Assembly: GCA_002069945.1 (NCBI GenBank) | Contig: MWCH01000002.1 | Span: forward strand, 15,164-79,163 | DNA length: 64,000 nucleotides | Reading direction: 5' to 3' | Origin: Microgenomates group bacterium ADurb.Bin219 | Lineage (GTDB): Bacteria > Patescibacteriota > Microgenomatia > UM-FILTER-40-11 | In this document: positions 26,288-36,462 of the stretch, one piece after another | Numbering within the stretch: the first letter of the stretch is position 1 | Layout of the letters: the number at the start of each line of letters is the position of its first letter | The notes under the pieces: generated by a model | Database searches by the model: none | Told to the model about the DNA's origin: nothing | Seen by the model: only the letters and a program-made list of their open reading frames with translations | Position numbers and translations under genes: made by a program

Positions 26288-26425
26288 TTAAAAGGCGGGC
26301 AAAATCCCCAAAGAAAGCAAAATCCCCAAAATAACGAAACCGATAAAGGTAAAAACGGTAAACCCGGCAACAAAGATCAAAAGCAGGAAAAGCGGATTTT
26401 GCTTGTTTTCTTTATTCATGGACAT
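26288..26425 (-). CDS. Possible 45-aa small membrane peptide
   Basis: Manually found ORF MSMNKENKQNPLFLLLIFVAGFTVFTFIGFVILGILLSLGILPAF between leuS and the CPBP gene; a single hydrophobic helix; no motif. Confidence 0.3.
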   Translation of the reverse strand: MSMNKENKQNPLFLLLIFVAGFTVFTFIGFVILGILLSLGILPAF

Positions 26426-26447
26426 GCCTTATTTTAGCACAGAGAAC

Positions 26448-27593
26448 CTAAAGTCCCAAAATTACCTGCCAATTCCAAAGAAAATGCCAAACGATTGAGG
26501 GGACCGTATTGTAAGTTAAAGAGAATAACAATCCCGACCCAAAACTCATGACCGAAAGTAACCCTAAGGCCGCCAGAATCTGTTCTCCGCTCAAACGAAG
26601 AACAAAAATACTGATTGGCAGATGAATTAAAACAAAACCCAAACTGACCAAAAGGTTTGCCTTCCAGGCCTTTCCCAAAGCTTCCCATAAACGATTAAAC
26701 AAATAGCCGCGAAAAAATGTCTCCTCAACTACCGCCGTTAAAAATTGAATTGAAATCGTTACCAGGCTGGATAAGGGCAAGGTCCCGAGAATTGTCAAAA
26801 AAGAACGGGAGTGGCGGGAAAAACCGACAATTAGACTTTCCAAAACAACAAAAACCAGAAAATAAAAAATGACCCAAAGACTGGTTTGAAAGTTTTTGCC
26901 TAAATAACCCAATGAGGAAAAGAGCGGCCGCTTCTCCACTTTTCTGATAAGATAAATTGTCGGCAAAAGCCAAAGAGCCGGCTTTATAGCTGCTTCCTCC
27001 CAGAACAAGGGTAAACGAAAAAAATAACGATAAACGGACCAACCAACCAAAACCAGAAAAAAATCCAAAAAAGCCAAGGAAAGCGTTCTTTTTTGAGCGG
27101 AAAGTGAGGTCTTGGCAACCTGGCAACCCTTGAAGGAAAAATCAATTGCCGTCAAAATTTCCTCAATTTTTTCTCTTGCCGAAACCAAATTAACCAAATT
27201 GTCTTTTTCCGGGAAAAAATGAAAAACCATATTGCGGGAATTTTTCCAAGTATGCCAAAGCTTAGAAGAAATCTCTTCTCCGCCGCAAAAACGAGTCAAT
27301 TTTTCATAAACCGATTCCCGAGGATATTCTTTGTAAATCGCCGGGTTTAAGGCCCGGCCGATTCTAAATCTTTCTCCGGAAAACTGGCTGCGATTAATCA
27401 ACCCCAAATCAAAAAATAATTTTTTAAGAAAGCCCTCGTAAGCTCTGGCTGCCGGAAAAACAACAAAGGAATAGTCAAGAAAACCGGAAGGGTTTTTTTC
27501 TTCCTTTTCCAAAAGAATCAGGCTTTGCCTAAGCAAATCCTGTTGGACACCATCCAAAAAACTCCACCAGGATTTTTTGCTTAAATCTTCCAT
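26448..27593 (-). CDS. CPBP (CAAX/Abi) family intramembrane metalloprotease with ~190-aa N-terminal soluble domain
   Basis: C-terminal half is polytopic with motif 1 EETFFRG and a later FxxxH (LIHLP). Confidence 0.6.
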   Translation of the reverse strand: MEDLSKKSWWSFLDGVQQDLLRQSLILLEKEEKNPSGFLDYSFVVFPAARAYEGFLKKLFFDLGLINRSQFSGERFRIGRALNPAIYKEYPRESVYEKLTRFCGGEEISSKLWHTWKNSRNMVFHFFPEKDNLVNLVSAREKIEEILTAIDFSFKGCQVAKTSLSAQKRTLSLAFLDFFLVLVGWSVYRYFFRLPLFWEEAAIKPALWLLPTIYLIRKVEKRPLFSSLGYLGKNFQTSLWVIFYFLVFVVLESLIVGFSRHSRSFLTILGTLPLSSLVTISIQFLTAVVEETFFRGYLFNRLWEALGKAWKANLLVSLGFVLIHLPISIFVLRLSGEQILAALGLLSVMSFGSGLLFSLTYNTVPSIVWHFLWNWQVILGL

Positions 27594-27653
27594 CTTTTTT
27601 ATTATACTCTTACTTTATCTCTTCCTTTTACTATTTTTGGTATAATTCAGGCA

Positions 27654-29867
27654 ATGAAACCCCGTAAAAGAAAAATCCGAACCCGAAGAAAATCCAAGCT
27701 TTTATCTTTGTTCAAAGAAAAAAAATTTTGGCTGCTGATTTTTTTTGTCGGCTTGGCCGCTTACTGGTTGGTTTTTAAAGACCTTCCTTCCCCGACTTCC
27801 TTGACTTCTTCAAAAATCAATCCCGTTTCCACCAAAATTTTAGACCGCAACGGAAAACTACTCTACGAAATTTATGTCCAAAAAAACCGGACTCCGGTTA
27901 AGCTTTCCGAACTTCCCGAATACATTAAACAGGCAACCATCGCCTCGGAAGATAAAGATTTTTATAAACACGCCGGTTTTGATCTTCGGGGAATTGCCCG
28001 GGCCCTTTTTAATACCGTTTTCCGCCGAAAATTACAGGGCGGGTCAACAATTACCCAGCAGCTTGCCAAAAATGCCTTGTTAACACAGGAAAGGACCATT
28101 CAGAGAAAAATTAGGGAAGCCCTTTTGACCTTGGCGATTGAATTAATCTATTCCAAAGATACCATTTTGGAAATGTATTTAAATCAAATTCCCTACGGAG
28201 GAACCGCTTACGGTATCGGCGCTGCCGCCGAAAATTATTTCGGTAAAAATGCGGCCGATTTAACGCTGGCGCAAGCCGCCCTTTTGGCCGGACTGCCGGC
28301 TTCTCCTACCCGCTATTCCCCTTTCGGCTCCCAACCGGCACTAGCCAAAAAACGCCAGGAATACGTTCTGGACCAAATGGTTACCGTTAAATTTATTAAA
28401 ACCGACCAGGCGGAAGAAGCAAAAAAAGAAATTCTGACTTATAAAGAACACGGAAAAGGAATCAAGGCTCCCCATTTCGTGATGTATGTTAAAGAGAGGC
28501 TGGAAGAAGAATACGGCCAGCCAGTCATAGAGCAAGGAGGCTTAAGAGTAACCACAACTTTAGATCTGGATCTTCAGGAATTTGCCCAGCAAGCCGTCGC
28601 TTCCGAAGTTGCCAAGTTGAAAAAAGAAAAGGTCTCCAACGGCTCGGCCTTAATAACCAATCCCAAAACCGGAGAAATTCTCGCTATGGTTGGATCCAAA
28701 GATTATTTTGATAAAGAGATTGACGGCAACGTTAACGTCACAACTTCTTTAAGACAACCCGGCTCGGCAATTAAACCCCTTAATTACGTTTTGGGTTTTT
28801 ATAAAAAAATCATTACGCCTGCTTCTTTGGTTTTGGATATTCCAACCTGTTTCCGCAGTCCCGGACAACCGCTTTACTGCCCAGGCAATTATGACGGCCA
28901 ATTTCACGGACCGACTCAAGTCAGATTTGCCCTGGGCAACTCTTTCAATATCCCGGCCGTTAAAACCCTTGCCTTTAATGGCCTGGAGGATTTCATCGCC
29001 ACCGCCTCGGCAATGGGAATTTCCACTTTTAAAGACCCGAAAAATTACGGTCTTTCCTTGACTTTGGGCGGCGGAGAGGTCAAGATGGTTGACCTGGCCA
29101 CCGCTTTCGGCGTCTTGGCCAACCAGGGAATCCGGCAGGACCTTGTCAGTCTGCTTAAGGTTGAAGACTATACCGGCAAAATTCTGGAAGACTCGGCAAT
29201 TGAAGAAGGCAACCGAATTTTACCGCCGGAACCTTGTTATTTGATTTCCCATATCCTTTTGGACAATAATGCCCGATCGGCCATGTTTGGCGAATCGTCT
29301 TATTTAATTGTCAAAGGCCATCCGGAGGTTGCCGTTAAGACCGGAACCACCAACGATCGCCGCGACAATTGGACTATCGGCTATACTCCCAGCTTCCTGG
29401 TTGTTACCTGGGTCGGCAACAACGACAATAAGCCAATGAGCTATGTTGCCTCCGGAGTTACCGGCGCTTCGCCGATCTGGAATAAAATCATGCGTTTTGC
29501 TCTGGAAAAACAAGATCGGGAAAAAGGAAAGAATTTTCAGGAATGGCCGGTTAAGCCCGATGGGGTTGTCGGCAGCCCAATCTGCCAAACTTCCGGCCTT
29601 TCACCGGGAGATTCCGGCTGCTCAACCAGATTTGAATATTTTATCGAAGGTACTGTCCCCCAGGAAACGGAAAATCTGAAAAGAACCATCGCCGTTAACA
29701 AAGAAAATGGCCAGCCGATTCAACCCGGGCAAAATATTCCTCCGGAAAAAACGGAAAATCAGGAACACCAGCAAGTTTTGACCGATATTTCCGGCTCCTT
29801 TCTCTGCCTTGATTGTTCTTTTCCTTCCGACCCGGCAATCTTCAATCTGGGAGATCTTAAAAGATAG
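27654..29867 (+). CDS. Class A penicillin-binding protein (PBP1A-type, transglycosylase + transpeptidase)
   Basis: GT51 motifs EDKDFYKHAGFD and STITQQLAKN; transpeptidase SAIKP (SxxK), SFN, KTGT. Confidence 0.85.
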   Translation: MKPRKRKIRTRRKSKLLSLFKEKKFWLLIFFVGLAAYWLVFKDLPSPTSLTSSKINPVSTKILDRNGKLLYEIYVQKNRTPVKLSELPEYIKQATIASEDKDFYKHAGFDLRGIARALFNTVFRRKLQGGSTITQQLAKNALLTQERTIQRKIREALLTLAIELIYSKDTILEMYLNQIPYGGTAYGIGAAAENYFGKNAADLTLAQAALLAGLPASPTRYSPFGSQPALAKKRQEYVLDQMVTVKFIKTDQAEEAKKEILTYKEHGKGIKAPHFVMYVKERLEEEYGQPVIEQGGLRVTTTLDLDLQEFAQQAVASEVAKLKKEKVSNGSALITNPKTGEILAMVGSKDYFDKEIDGNVNVTTSLRQPGSAIKPLNYVLGFYKKIITPASLVLDIPTCFRSPGQPLYCPGNYDGQFHGPTQVRFALGNSFNIPAVKTLAFNGLEDFIATASAMGISTFKDPKNYGLSLTLGGGEVKMVDLATAFGVLANQGIRQDLVSLLKVEDYTGKILEDSAIEEGNRILPPEPCYLISHILLDNNARSAMFGESSYLIVKGHPEVAVKTGTTNDRRDNWTIGYTPSFLVVTWVGNNDNKPMSYVASGVTGASPIWNKIMRFALEKQDREKGKNFQEWPVKPDGVVGSPICQTSGLSPGDSGCSTRFEYFIEGTVPQETENLKRTIAVNKENGQPIQPGQNIPPEKTENQEHQQVLTDISGSFLCLDCSFPSDPAIFNLGDLKR

Positions 29868-29927
29868 TAAAATAAACAGATTTCGCTTCTTTACTTTTAA
29901 GGCAACTTATCCTATAATCATCAAGTT

Positions 29928-32315
29928 ATGACGAAAAGGACAGGTTTTCCTCAAATTTTGACTTTATTTTATTGGCTCGGCCGGCCTTTCTTTTGGCTGT
30001 TTCTTCTGGCCGGTTATTTGCTTATAGTCGGCATAAGCATCTTAAGGCTGACTTTGTCCTTTTTCCTTAAAAACACAAAGGGATTATTTCTCCTCCTTTT
30101 TTCCTTCCCGGGTCAAATTTTTAAAAAGATTCCGCGCTTAAAAATAAAAAAACCGGTTGTTTCTTTTCCGAAAATTCCCCCATTTAAATTATTTAAATTC
30201 AGATTCCGCCGGATTACCTTTCCGAAGCCTAAATTAAGACTCTCCTTGGGACCGAAATCGGTTGCTTTTTTATTGGGAATTATTCCCGGTTGTCTAGTCT
30301 TTCTTTCTTTTTATTTTTATATCTTAAAAGAGCTGCCTTCTCCCCAGGAGCTTTCCAAACCGTTGCCTTTGACAACCAAAATCCTGGATCGTAACGGCCA
30401 GGTCCTTTATAAAATCTACCGTAACCAAAACCGCACCAAAGTCTCTTTAGCCGATATTCCTCTCTATGCCCGCCAGGCAACCACTGCCATTGAAGACAAA
30501 GATTTTTACCGCCATTCCGGTTTTGATCTTCGGGGAATTACCCGGGCCGTTTACTACTTTTTGACCGAAGGCAAATTGACCGGCGGCTCAACCATCACTC
30601 AACAGCTGGTTAAAAATACACTTTTAAATTCGGAAAAGACCTTGCGCCGGAAACTTAAGGAATTAATTCTGGCTATTCTGGTTGAGAAGAAATACACCAA
30701 AGACGAAATTCTGGAAATGTATTTGAACGAAGTCGGTTACGGCGGCGCCACCTACGGAATTGAAGAAGCCAGTCAAAAATATTTCGGCAAATCGGTTAAG
30801 GAGCTAACTTTAGCCCAGGCGGCTCTCCTGGCCGGACTGCCGGCTTCTCCGACCGCCTACTCCCCTTTCGGCAGCCATCCGGAAATTGCCCGGCTTAGAC
30901 AATCGCAGGTTCTCTCCCGAATGGTTGAAGACGGTTATTTAAGCGAAAACGAGGCTCAGGCCGCGCTAAAAGAAAACATTAATTACCGCAAACAGGAAAT
31001 TGAAATCCGCGCTCCCCACTTTGTGATGTACGTTAAGGAATTGCTGGCCCAGGAATTCGGAGAAAGGCTTTTGGAAGAAGGCGGCCTGGAAGTATTAACC
31101 AGCCTTGATTTGCAACTTCAGGAAGAAGCGCAGGAAATCGTTAAACAAGAAATTGAAAAACTCAAACCCCTCAGAATTACCAACGGCGCCGCCCTGGTTA
31201 CCAACCCAAAAACAGGAGAAATCCTGGCCATGGTCGGCTCAAAAGACTATCAAGCAACCGATATTGACGGGAATTTCAATGTCACCACGGCCCTGCGCCA
31301 ACCCGGATCGGCGATTAAACCGGTTAACTATTCTCTGGCTCTGGAAAGAGGGTTTACCCCCTCAACTTTGATTTCCGATACGGCCATTACTTACCGCGTT
31401 GCCGGTCAACCGGCTTATTCTCCCAAAAATTACGATAACCGTTTCCACGGAAATGTTTCTCTAAGAACGGCGCTGGGTTCCTCTTATAATATTCCTGCCG
31501 TCAAAATACTGTCCGCTTTTGGGGTTGAAGAAATGGTCAAAAGAGGCCAAGCAATGGGAATCACCGACTGGAACGACTCCTCCCGTTTTGGTCTTTCCTT
31601 AACCTTGGGTGGCGGCGAAGTTAAAATGACCGATCTGGCCGTTGTCTACGGAACAATCGCCAATTACGGCAAGAAAGTGAGCTTAAACCCCATACTGGAA
31701 GTTAAAGACAGTTCGGGAAAAATCTTAAAACAGAATCCCTGCTTGCCGCAAAAAGAAAATTTCAGCCTCAAGAAGGAAGAAAAAACAACCTGCGAGTCTC
31801 CGGTTCTCAATGCGGGAGTCGCCTGGTTGTTGACCAATATTTTAGCCGACAATTCGGCCAGGACTCCGGCTTTCGGCCCCAATTCTCTATTGGTAATTCC
31901 CCATCACGAAGTAGCGGTTAAAACCGGCACTACCCAAAACATGCGTGACAACTGGACCATCGGCTATACGCCTTCCCGGTTGGTTGCCGTTTGGGTCGGG
32001 AATAACAACAATGCGCCGATGAGCTACGTTGCTTCCGGAGTTACCGGCGCTTCGCCGATCTGGAATAAAATTATGAATAGTTTACTAAAAAACCAGCCGA
32101 ACGAGCCCTTTGCCAAACCGGAAGAAATAATTTCCGGCCAAATTTGTATTCTCACCGGAACTTTGTCCTGCGAAGGCTGTCCGTCTGTTAAAAACGAATA
32201 TTTTTTAAAAGGAACCGAGCCGAAAAACCATTGTGACCCGGAAAAAATAAAGCAAATTCTTGAAGAAAAAGCCAGATTGGAAGAAGAACAGAAAAAGTCG
32301 GAAAGACCGGAATAA
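29928..32315 (+). CDS. Class A penicillin-binding protein, second paralog
   Basis: Same motif set (EDKDFYRHSGFD, STITQQLVKN, SAIKP, SYN, KTGT) with a longer N-terminal TM/basic region; tandem with the previous gene. Confidence 0.85.
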   Translation: MTKRTGFPQILTLFYWLGRPFFWLFLLAGYLLIVGISILRLTLSFFLKNTKGLFLLLFSFPGQIFKKIPRLKIKKPVVSFPKIPPFKLFKFRFRRITFPKPKLRLSLGPKSVAFLLGIIPGCLVFLSFYFYILKELPSPQELSKPLPLTTKILDRNGQVLYKIYRNQNRTKVSLADIPLYARQATTAIEDKDFYRHSGFDLRGITRAVYYFLTEGKLTGGSTITQQLVKNTLLNSEKTLRRKLKELILAILVEKKYTKDEILEMYLNEVGYGGATYGIEEASQKYFGKSVKELTLAQAALLAGLPASPTAYSPFGSHPEIARLRQSQVLSRMVEDGYLSENEAQAALKENINYRKQEIEIRAPHFVMYVKELLAQEFGERLLEEGGLEVLTSLDLQLQEEAQEIVKQEIEKLKPLRITNGAALVTNPKTGEILAMVGSKDYQATDIDGNFNVTTALRQPGSAIKPVNYSLALERGFTPSTLISDTAITYRVAGQPAYSPKNYDNRFHGNVSLRTALGSSYNIPAVKILSAFGVEEMVKRGQAMGITDWNDSSRFGLSLTLGGGEVKMTDLAVVYGTIANYGKKVSLNPILEVKDSSGKILKQNPCLPQKENFSLKKEEKTTCESPVLNAGVAWLLTNILADNSARTPAFGPNSLLVIPHHEVAVKTGTTQNMRDNWTIGYTPSRLVAVWVGNNNNAPMSYVASGVTGASPIWNKIMNSLLKNQPNEPFAKPEEIISGQICILTGTLSCEGCPSVKNEYFLKGTEPKNHCDPEKIKQILEEKARLEEEQKKSERPE

Positions 32316-32337
32316 CAATTTCCAATATCCAATGAGA

Positions 32338-33306
32338 TTATTTTTCAAACTGTTTATATACCAATTCCGCAATCTTGGGTAAAACCTCTTTGGCTTCTTT
32401 CTCCAAAACACCCCTGGATAAAATTGCCAAAATAAAAGGTTTTTTGGCAAAAACAATTCCCGCATCGGAAACAACGCCAATCTCGGAGCCCACTTTGTGG
32501 GCAACTCTAATCCCGTTGGGAATACCGGTCGGAATTCTGTCTTCCCAAATCGTTTCCGTCAAAAAAGAAAGTAATTCATCGCGATCGTCGCGGATCAAGA
32601 GATTCTGGGTATAAAGTTTGTAGAAAAAAAGGCCAATATCCGCCGGGGTTGTCTCCCAATCCACAAAAGAGGTTTTTTTCAAACCAAGATCGTCAATTAA
32701 TCTTTGCACCTTTTCTTCCCCTAAAATCCGGCTAACAACATTAAAGGCGGTATTGTCCGATTGTTTGCCCATCAGCTCCGCCATTTGCCGGTAGGTCAAA
32801 GAATAACCGACCGGTTTGTATTGAAGACTGCCGGCACCTGGCCGCTTGTCCCCTACCCGCAAACTGTATTTTGTCTCCAAGTCTAAATTACCCGCCTCGG
32901 CCTCCCGATAAAGAGCCAAAAGCAAAGGTAATTTATTTAAAGAGGCCGAGTCAAAAACCTGGTCTTCGTTGTAGCCGTAGCTTTTACCGGAAGCCAAATC
33001 CTGAACAAAAACTCCATAATTTCCCTTTAAGGGGCTAACCAAATCGGCAATTTCTTTTTTCTCCCGGGCAAAAGCCGGGGTCGGAGTTACCGTGGTTTCT
33101 TCCTTGGAAGAAATTATTGTCCGAGGCGCAACCAACTGACGGAAAAACTTTCGCAAAACCAGGCGGCCGTCCCGATAGGCAATCACTCCGAAAATAATTA
33201 AAAGCGTTCCGGCCAAAACCGAAAGAACAATTTTCCGGTTCCTCCGCAATTGCCGATAATCTTTATCGGATATTTTTTCCTTTTTCTTAAAAATTTCAAT
33301 CATCAT
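32338..33306 (-). CDS. Serine hydrolase of beta-lactamase class A / DD-peptidase fold
   Basis: N-terminal TM anchor, S-x-x-K (SLNK), SDN, and KVG (KTG-like) triad elements in order. Confidence 0.5.
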   Translation of the reverse strand: MMIEIFKKKEKISDKDYRQLRRNRKIVLSVLAGTLLIIFGVIAYRDGRLVLRKFFRQLVAPRTIISSKEETTVTPTPAFAREKKEIADLVSPLKGNYGVFVQDLASGKSYGYNEDQVFDSASLNKLPLLLALYREAEAGNLDLETKYSLRVGDKRPGAGSLQYKPVGYSLTYRQMAELMGKQSDNTAFNVVSRILGEEKVQRLIDDLGLKKTSFVDWETTPADIGLFFYKLYTQNLLIRDDRDELLSFLTETIWEDRIPTGIPNGIRVAHKVGSEIGVVSDAGIVFAKKPFILAILSRGVLEKEAKEVLPKIAELVYKQFEK

Positions 33307-33443
33307 ATTAGCCCGGTCTCTATCTTTGTGCTTTATACTTTCCGCTCTATACTAATGATATTAATCATATTACAAAATTTGCATATATGCTAAAAGCAAA
33401 CCTTCGGGTAGCCAAAACTCAAGAAAAGTACTAAAATCTTTTT

Positions 33444-34793
33444 ATGCCAAATACAAAAATAGTTAAAGTTGGTCTTTTTGTTGATTATCTCGGCTTTCTG
33501 CAAGCGACAGAAAACCTTCCTTTGGTAGATTATTATTATCTAACAGCTGAAGACACCCGCGACCAAGAGTGGGCCAGAAAATTTTTACCCGCAGAAAAAA
33601 TTATTACTTATAAGATCGGAGGAAAGTATGGTTATTTCCATAATTACTTCACCGATAGAATAATCCGCGATTCAAATCTTACCGAAGTTCTAAAGCAAAA
33701 CGAAATCAGTGTTCTTGTTCCGGGATTCGACTGTTCTCGGTTTGTCTTTGGCTGGGCGGCTAAAAACAATCTTAAAATCGCCTCAATTGACCATCGCTTC
33801 CAACATAATTTCGAAAATAAAATATATTTTGATAAATTTCTCCAAGCTAATGGTTTTCCCAAACCAAAAAGTTTTATCACCCAGCTTCCTTTAACTTCTT
33901 CTCTTCCTTTTTCCGACAGGTTTGTTCTCCAGGCCTCTGCCTCCCGAGGCGGAACCGGAACTTTTTTTTTGGAATCGGCCGAACAAATTGATAATTTAAT
34001 CAAGACAAAAGTTCTAGAAACAAAAACCGACTATCTTTTGCGAGAATTTATAAGTGGTAAAACCTATGGTATTTCCGTTTTTGTCGGCCAAGATTTTCTC
34101 GCACTTTCCGCTGCCAGACAACAATGTTTTTTCGATCTGGACCAGCGCCATAATAAAGTTTTTCGCGGCGTCCAATGGGTAGGTAATAGTTTCAGCGACA
34201 ATCTAAAAGAGAAAGTCAACGAAAACTTTTCCCGAATCGGCAAACTACTCCTGGGAAAAGGTTATTTCGGTTTTGCTAATTTTGATTTCATGATTGACGA
34301 AAAAGAAAGTCTTTATTTTATTGAATTTAACCCCCGACTATCTTCGGCCACTCCCCAAATTTTTCTAAACCCGGAATTGCTTTCCGGTTTGCCTTTGGGT
34401 CAAATCTTTTTGGAAAAATTTTTGGAAACCAAAACCTTCATTCCTGAATCCAATTTCTATCCTTATCCGGAAACCGACTTTGAAGGCTCTCTTTTAGATG
34501 TGGTTGTTAAAAGTCCGGATAAAAAGAAACACTTAATTGAAAAAGAATACACTAATGGAATTTACAGCCTAAAACAAAACTCCTTTGTTTTTGAAAATCC
34601 AGATATCCGAAAAATTAAAGGGGATAACTTCTTGAAAAAGATAATTTTTTATTCTGATGTACGCCGAGGAGAGAGTTACGGCGACCGAGCCGTGGTTTTT
34701 CACCTTTTTTCTACCTACCGACTTTTCCGGCAAGACGGCACCCTTAATGAAGAGGGAGAAAAAGCCCTTGCCGCTTTCAAATATAAATCTTGA
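33444..34793 (+). CDS. ATP-grasp domain protein
   Basis: C-terminal ATP-grasp signature FANFDFMIDEKESLYFIEFNPRLS. Confidence 0.5.
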   Translation: MPNTKIVKVGLFVDYLGFLQATENLPLVDYYYLTAEDTRDQEWARKFLPAEKIITYKIGGKYGYFHNYFTDRIIRDSNLTEVLKQNEISVLVPGFDCSRFVFGWAAKNNLKIASIDHRFQHNFENKIYFDKFLQANGFPKPKSFITQLPLTSSLPFSDRFVLQASASRGGTGTFFLESAEQIDNLIKTKVLETKTDYLLREFISGKTYGISVFVGQDFLALSAARQQCFFDLDQRHNKVFRGVQWVGNSFSDNLKEKVNENFSRIGKLLLGKGYFGFANFDFMIDEKESLYFIEFNPRLSSATPQIFLNPELLSGLPLGQIFLEKFLETKTFIPESNFYPYPETDFEGSLLDVVVKSPDKKKHLIEKEYTNGIYSLKQNSFVFENPDIRKIKGDNFLKKIIFYSDVRRGESYGDRAVVFHLFSTYRLFRQDGTLNEEGEKALAAFKYKS

Positions 34794-34813
34794 GCAAAAA
34801 TCTCTATCCTGAT

Positions 34814-35320
34814 TTATCTTAAAAACAAATTCGGCCGAGGCTCCCCGATTACCTTTCCGTAAATCCAGCAATCCAAGCCAAACCAGGATTTTTCTTCAAA
34901 GCCTTCCTGTTTAAAGCCCATTTTTAAATAGAAGTCGTGATTTTTTCTTCCCTGAGTAATTAACGTCAACTTATGGCCGCCGGCCTTTTCAACTTCTTCT
35001 TCCCAACGATTTAATAAATCCCTGGCCAATCCCCGGCCCCGATAACTTTCCCCGACTCCCAGCCAATTGCAATAACTGACTCCGCCGTAAAGACTGTCCG
35101 CCAATAAAAAAGCGGCCGGTTTTTCTTCAATAAATTCCAAAAAACCGAACCATTGATTACTTTTAAGTTTTTCTTCAAAAACATTTTTGGCATAATCTTT
35201 TTCAATTAAAAAGTTAACCAGATCTTCGGAATATTCCGGAAAACCGGTCTTTAAAACTTCTTTAAAAATCAGCAAAAATTGGTCTAAATTTTCTAACGAT
35301 AATTTTTCTATTTTTGTCAT
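34814..35320 (-). CDS. GNAT family N-acetyltransferase (paralog of 4664..5182)
   Basis: Shares GGVSxCxWLxV...YRxxGxxRxLL...HxLTL...FYxKxGF pattern with the upstream GNAT. Confidence 0.65.
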   Translation of the reverse strand: MTKIEKLSLENLDQFLLIFKEVLKTGFPEYSEDLVNFLIEKDYAKNVFEEKLKSNQWFGFLEFIEEKPAAFLLADSLYGGVSYCNWLGVGESYRGRGLARDLLNRWEEEVEKAGGHKLTLITQGRKNHDFYLKMGFKQEGFEEKSWFGLDCWIYGKVIGEPRPNLFLR

Positions 35321-35427
35321 TCCAAAGAGTTAATTTTTAATTGATAAATTAATTAATTGTTTATAGATTTGTGTTTATTTCGGTAATTAATTCAAATTTT
35401 CTCCGGGGTAAATAAATTGTTCTTAGT

Positions 35428-36462
35428 TCAAAGTTCTAGCCTTTCCATAAGAATTTCTTTATTAAGCCAATTGTTTATGTCGGCCGCTTTGATGATCCCT
35501 TTTTTGGCCCCGACCTGGCTGACAACCGAAGTCGCATTGGCAGAGGCAATTTTTAAACAATCGCTTAGTGAAAACTCTTTAATTATTCCGGCGACTAAAC
35601 CGGAACCGAAAGAGTCCCCGGCTCCGGTTGTCTCCACCCGGGGAACGTCATCAAAAATTCCGCAATGCCACCAAAAAGAATCGCCTTTTTGGTGGAGATA
35701 TGAACCGTTTCGGTCATCGGTAATCACGACAAAACGGCAAGGCAATTCGCCCGCCTTACTCAGTAATTCTTTCATTTCCCATTCTTCACCCTCGCCCCCC
35801 AATAGTTCTTCCATTTCTTCTTTGTTGATATTTAGGAGTGTTATCCCCGGTAATATTGCCGCTACTTTTTCTTTTTGTTTTAATTCACCGCCGCCCGGAT
35901 TCCAAGCGACCTTAGGAGCTTGCCCTTGCGCAGACCCGAGGGAATGAGGAGGAACCAGCAATCTCTCCACTATTTTCAAATTTCCTTCCACCGAACTGAC
36001 ATAAAACCACTTTGTTTCCAATTTTTCCCAAGGTATTTCCGTCTCTTCCAGCTTGGTTTCTCCCCGATAAATTAAAATCGTCCGGCCGCCGTCGGGCGCC
36101 CATAGAATCGTTGAATAATCGGTATTCCCTTTTTCGTCAGGAACACAAAAATCCGTCGCCACTCCTTCTTTGGCCAAGTCCTCTTTAATCTTTTTTCCGG
36201 CAAAATCCGGGGCCAATTTAACCACTGAGGCAACTTTTAATCCCTGGCGGGCAAAAGTAACAGCCGAATTCGTTCCTCCTCCACCTGACTCAAAATAAAT
36301 TTCGTCAACGGGAATTTTCGCTCCGTAGCGGACGCAAATATCCTTGCTTCCTCCCTCCCTTTCTATCTCCAGTCCTTTGGAGCGTATAAAAACGTCCAGA
36401 GTAGCGGAACCGATGGAAATAACGTCAAACATTTTCATCTTAATTTTATAAACTAGCCCCAA
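35428..36462 (-). CDS. PfkB-family carbohydrate kinase (probable phosphofructokinase/ribokinase-like)
   Basis: GGGGTNSAVTFARQG and C-terminal TTGAGDSFGSG PfkB signatures; immediately upstream-overlapping the class I aldolase gene. Confidence 0.75.
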   Translation of the reverse strand: MGLVYKIKMKMFDVISIGSATLDVFIRSKGLEIEREGGSKDICVRYGAKIPVDEIYFESGGGGTNSAVTFARQGLKVASVVKLAPDFAGKKIKEDLAKEGVATDFCVPDEKGNTDYSTILWAPDGGRTILIYRGETKLEETEIPWEKLETKWFYVSSVEGNLKIVERLLVPPHSLGSAQGQAPKVAWNPGGGELKQKEKVAAILPGITLLNINKEEMEELLGGEGEEWEMKELLSKAGELPCRFVVITDDRNGSYLHQKGDSFWWHCGIFDDVPRVETTGAGDSFGSGLVAGIIKEFSLSDCLKIASANATSVVSQVGAKKGIIKAADINNWLNKEILMERLEL

